DNA of 64,000 nucleotides from Candidatus Rariloculaceae bacterium (GTDB lineage Bacteria; Pseudomonadota; Gammaproteobacteria; Steroidobacterales; Rariloculaceae): NCBI GenBank assembly GCA_965204155.1, contig OZ241971.1, positions 2,304,100 to 2,368,099 of the forward strand, read 5' to 3'. Shown piece by piece: positions 61,210 to 64,000 of this stretch (position 1 is its first letter; each line of letters starts with the position of its first letter). The notes under the pieces were generated by a model. It saw only the letters and a program-made list of their open reading frames with translations, ran no database searches and was not told where the DNA came from. The position numbers and the translations under genes were made by a program.

Positions 61210-64000
61210 TCAGCTCCCGTCTGCTGAATTCGGCGAAGTGTCAGCCACGAATTCAATGGACAGAGTGTAGCGTCCAGTGGCCGAATCGTTGAAGCCGCGC
61301 ACTTCGATATAGTGTACGCCTGCCGCGACATCGTGCTCGATCCGAAAGTTCCGCCCGGTTCCATTGTCGTCGTCCGTGGCCAGCACCGTGCCGCCGGCGC
61401 CCATCAACGAGCCACGTGTGTCCATGGGGCCGTTCGAGTACGCGCGCAACGTCCCGCTGCCCGTTGCAATCCGGAACACGTCGCGGTCGCCGCCCGACTC
61501 CACCGCGCCATGCAGGAACGCGGGCAGCGCCGTGGCGAGCGTCGCCGACTCCGGCGCGTTGCCGTGGTCGTCGCCGTCGTCGGACAGGTTTTCGTACCAC
61601 GCGATCTTGTCGTCGTCGGCGGAAGCGGAGAGAACGTCGATGTTGCCATCGCCGTCGAGATCCGCCGCATGAACAGACCGGACGTTGTCGACTGCCGTGG
61701 AAATGATGCGCTGGGCCGAGAACGCTCCACCGCCGAGGTTCTCGTACCAGGCGATCTTGTCATCCGAATAGGATGCAGACAGCACATCGGTATCGCCATC
61801 GCCATCCAGATCCGCCGTGTCAACGGAACTGGCGCCGTCGGCCGCGGTGGAGATGACGAGCTGCTCCGAAAACATCCCGCCACCGAGGTTCTCATACCAG
61901 GCGACCTTGTCGTCGTCGGCCGACGCGGACAGCACGTCGGCGTCCCCATCGTCGTCGAGATCCGCCGCATGAACCGTATTCGCACCGTCCGCCTCCGTGG
62001 AGATGACGAGCTGCGCTGAAAACGTCCCACCGCCGAGGTTTTCGTACCAGGCGATCTTGTCATCGTCCCGGGAAGCGGAAACCACGTCTGCGTCGCCGTC
62101 GCCATTGAGATCCACCGCGTGTACGGAGCTTGCGAAGTCGGCCGCCGTAGAGATGACGAGCTGCGTCGAGAATGTTCCGTCGCCGAGGTTTTCGTACCAT
62201 GCGATCTTGTCGTCGTCCCGGGAAGCGGAAAGCACGTCTGCGTCGCCGTCGCCATCGAGGTCGGCTGCGTATACGGAGTCGGGGCCATCAGCCGCCGTGG
62301 AGATAACGCGCTCTTCAGCGAACGACCCGTTTCCGGTGTTTTCGTACCAGGCGATCTCGTCATCGAAAAATGACGTAAACAGCACGTCTGCGTCGCCGTC
62401 GCCATCAAGGTCCACAGCGTGGGCGGAGTGGGGGCCACCGGCATCCGCCGTTATGACACGCTGTGCGGAAAACGACCCGTTTCCGGTGTTTTCGTACCAG
62501 GCGATCGTATCGTCGGTATTGGAGGTGGAGAGCACGTCGGCATCGCCGTCGCCATCCAGATCCACCGCTTGCACGGAAAGAGGACTATCGGCATCTGTTG
62601 AGATGACCTGCTGCGCGGAGAACGACTCGGCGGTTGTCGCCGCCACCGGGACCGACGCCGGGCCCTGGCCGAGGGCGTTTTCGGCATGTACGACGACCGA
62701 GTACGTGACTCCGGTGCGCAAATCCTCGATCGCGCACGCCGTGGACGGCGGTTCCGTCATGCAATTCGCACTCGGTTCGCCATCGTCCGGTGTCGCCGTG
62801 GCCACGTACCGCAGCAGCGCGGACCCGCCGTTGGCCCATGCTCCGAGCGCGTCCCACGAAACCGAGATGTAGCTCCCGCCGGCACGGGCCGAGACGTTCC
62901 AGGGCGCCGCGATCGGCGCCGATGGCGGCGCCGCTGGCGTGGCCAGGTTCTCGTACCAGGCGACCGTGGCGTCGCCGATGGACGCCGAGAGCACGTCGAG
63001 ATCGCCGTCGCCATCCAGGTCCGCCGCGAAAACGGACGAAGCCCGGTCAGCCTCGGTCCAAATCACCGGCCGGGCGGAAAAACTGCCCCCGCCCCGATTC
63101 TCGTACCAGGCGATCGTGTCGTCGTCAAAGAAAGCCGAGAGCACGTCGAGGTCGCCGTCGCCGTCCAGGTCCGCCGCATGAACATCGAAGGGACTCTGGC
63201 TGTCGGCCGCAATCACCCGTCTGACCGGGAACGCACCCTCCCCATCGTTTTCGTACCAGGCGACCCGGTCGTTATGAAGGAAAGCCGAGAGCACATCGAG
63301 GTCCCCGTCGCCGTCCAGGTCCGCCGCGTGGATTGCATAGGCATCCCCAGAGCCGGTCTCGATGACGCTGCGTGAGGAAAACCCGCCGCTGCCATCGTTC
63401 TCGTACCAGGCCACCGTGTCGTCCAGATGTGACGCCGCGACCACGTCGAGGTCCCCGTCGCCGTCCAGGTCCGCCGCATCGACAGCGTGGGCGCCGTCTG
63501 CGTCGGTCGCGATCGCCGGCATCGCGGTGAACACGCCTTCGCCGTCGTTCTCGTACCAAGCGATCGTGTCGTTGCGGTAGGAAGCCGCGATCACGTCGAG
63601 GTCCCCGTCGCCGTCCAGGTCCGCCGCATGAACGCCACGGACCCCGGTGGCGTCGTCCGCAATCGCCGGCATCGCAGTGAACGCGCCCGAACCGTCGTTT
63701 TCGTACCAGGCGATGGTGTCGTCGTCCTCCTGGGGAGCGAGAACATCGAGGTCGCCATCGCCGTCCAGGTCCGCCGCATGAACAGACCAGACCCTGCCGT
63801 TGAAGTCGTCGGCAATGGTGCGTCTCGCGGCGAACGTGCCGTCGCCCTGGTTGTCGTACCAGGCGACCCAATTGGAGACGGAGCCCACGAGTACGTCGAG
63901 GTCCCCGTCGCCGTCCAGGTCCGCCGCGTGCGCGGACAGGGCGCCCACGGCGCCTTCATCGAGCGCGAGCGCGCCGGAGAATCCCCACTCCGGCGCAACG
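61210..64000 (-). CDS. Giant FG-GAP/VCBS-repeat protein with internal FN3 domain and C-terminal PPC (pre-peptidase C-terminal) domain; 5-prime end outside the window
   Basis: More than 18 units of ADLDGDGD.DV.....D..IAWYEN.G.G.F. FN3-like segment (PWNVSARAGGSYISVSWD...TYSVVVHAENALG). C-terminal DRDVFRI...YIEVRGFNDSATGRYTLSIEF. The frame stays open beyond 63948 to the window end. Only 41 nt separate its stop from the start of the metzincin gene. Confidence 0.85.
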   Translation of the reverse strand, partial: VAPEWGFSGALALDEGAVGALSAHAADLDGDGDLDVLVGSVSNWVAWYDNQGDGTFAARRTIADDFNGRVWSVHAADLDGDGDLDVLAPQEDDDTIAWYENDGSGAFTAMPAIADDATGVRGVHAADLDGDGDLDVIAASYRNDTIAWYENDGEGVFTAMPAIATDADGAHAVDAADLDGDGDLDVVAASHLDDTVAWYENDGSGGFSSRSVIETGSGDAYAIHAADLDGDGDLDVLSAFLHNDRVAWYENDGEGAFPVRRVIAADSQSPFDVHAADLDGDGDLDVLSAFFDDDTIAWYENRGGGSFSARPVIWTEADRASSVFAADLDGDGDLDVLSASIGDATVAWYENLATPAAPPSAPIAAPWNVSARAGGSYISVSWDALGAWANGGSALLRYVATATPDDGEPSANCMTEPPSTACAIEDLRTGVTYSVVVHAENALGQGPASVPVAATTAESFSAQQVISTDADSPLSVQAVDLDGDGDADVLSTSNTDDTIAWYENTGNGSFSAQRVITADAGGPHSAHAVDLDGDGDADVLFTSFFDDEIAWYENTGNGSFAEERVISTAADGPDSVYAADLDGDGDADVLSASRDDDKIAWYENLGDGTFSTQLVISTAADFASSVHAVDLNGDGDADVVSASRDDDKIAWYENLGGGTFSAQLVISTEADGANTVHAADLDDDGDADVLSASADDDKVAWYENLGGGMFSEQLVISTAADGASSVDTADLDGDGDTDVLSASYSDDKIAWYENLGGGAFSAQRIISTAVDNVRSVHAADLDGDGNIDVLSASADDDKIAWYENLSDDGDDHGNAPESATLATALPAFLHGAVESGGDRDVFRIATGSGTLRAYSNGPMDTRGSLMGAGGTVLATDDDNGTGRNFRIEHDVAAGVHYIEVRGFNDSATGRYTLSIEFVADTSPNSADGS

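Overview
GC-rich (about two-thirds G+C by eye, not computed) proteobacterial chromosome segment. I saw no rRNA, tRNA or CRISPR. Nt 1-23,700 is mostly core and envelope genes: the norB 3-prime end, a monoheme cytochrome c, a SAM methyltransferase and an ECF-sigma/FecR/TonB-dependent-transducer cassette preceded by a bilobed G/E/H-rich lipoprotein. It also holds two large secreted proteases (Big_2-ankyrin-CARDB-metzincin, and Calx-beta-subtilase-P-domain), a DUF222-type HNH endonuclease, small repeat-bearing coiled-coil membrane proteins, a PBP5/6 DD-carboxypeptidase, an M23 peptidase divergent from a bactofilin, and a Sel1-repeat protein. Nt 23,700-64,000 is accessory and rich in surface proteins. 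It holds a 1013-aa secreted repeat protein, a fused MFS/spermidine-synthase protein and, most strikingly, four mosaic trimeric-autotransporter (YadA-anchor) paralogs plus one anchor remnant. All five share the same 3-prime terminator hairpin, and three share a ~335-nt non-coding leader. The autotransporter genes are separated by visibly more AT-rich islets of intact and decayed toxin-antitoxin modules (hicAB, tacAT, orphan parD, DUF433/DUF5615, zeta-like and PIN fragments, DUF1640). The islets also carry two mosaic AAA-ATPase/PD-(D/E)XK paralogs and an AAA_14/DUF4143 ATPase. A class-C-like group II intron sits just after the last autotransporter terminator. The window ends with an LRR-bearing paralog of the metzincin and a giant FG-GAP/VCBS protein that runs off the end. 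Best novelty candidates: the recombining autotransporter cassette locus with its shared leader; the metzincin family with swapped eukaryote-like targeting modules; an unassigned ~115-aa domain shared by two secreted proteins; and a family of small tandem-repeat coiled-coil membrane proteins.
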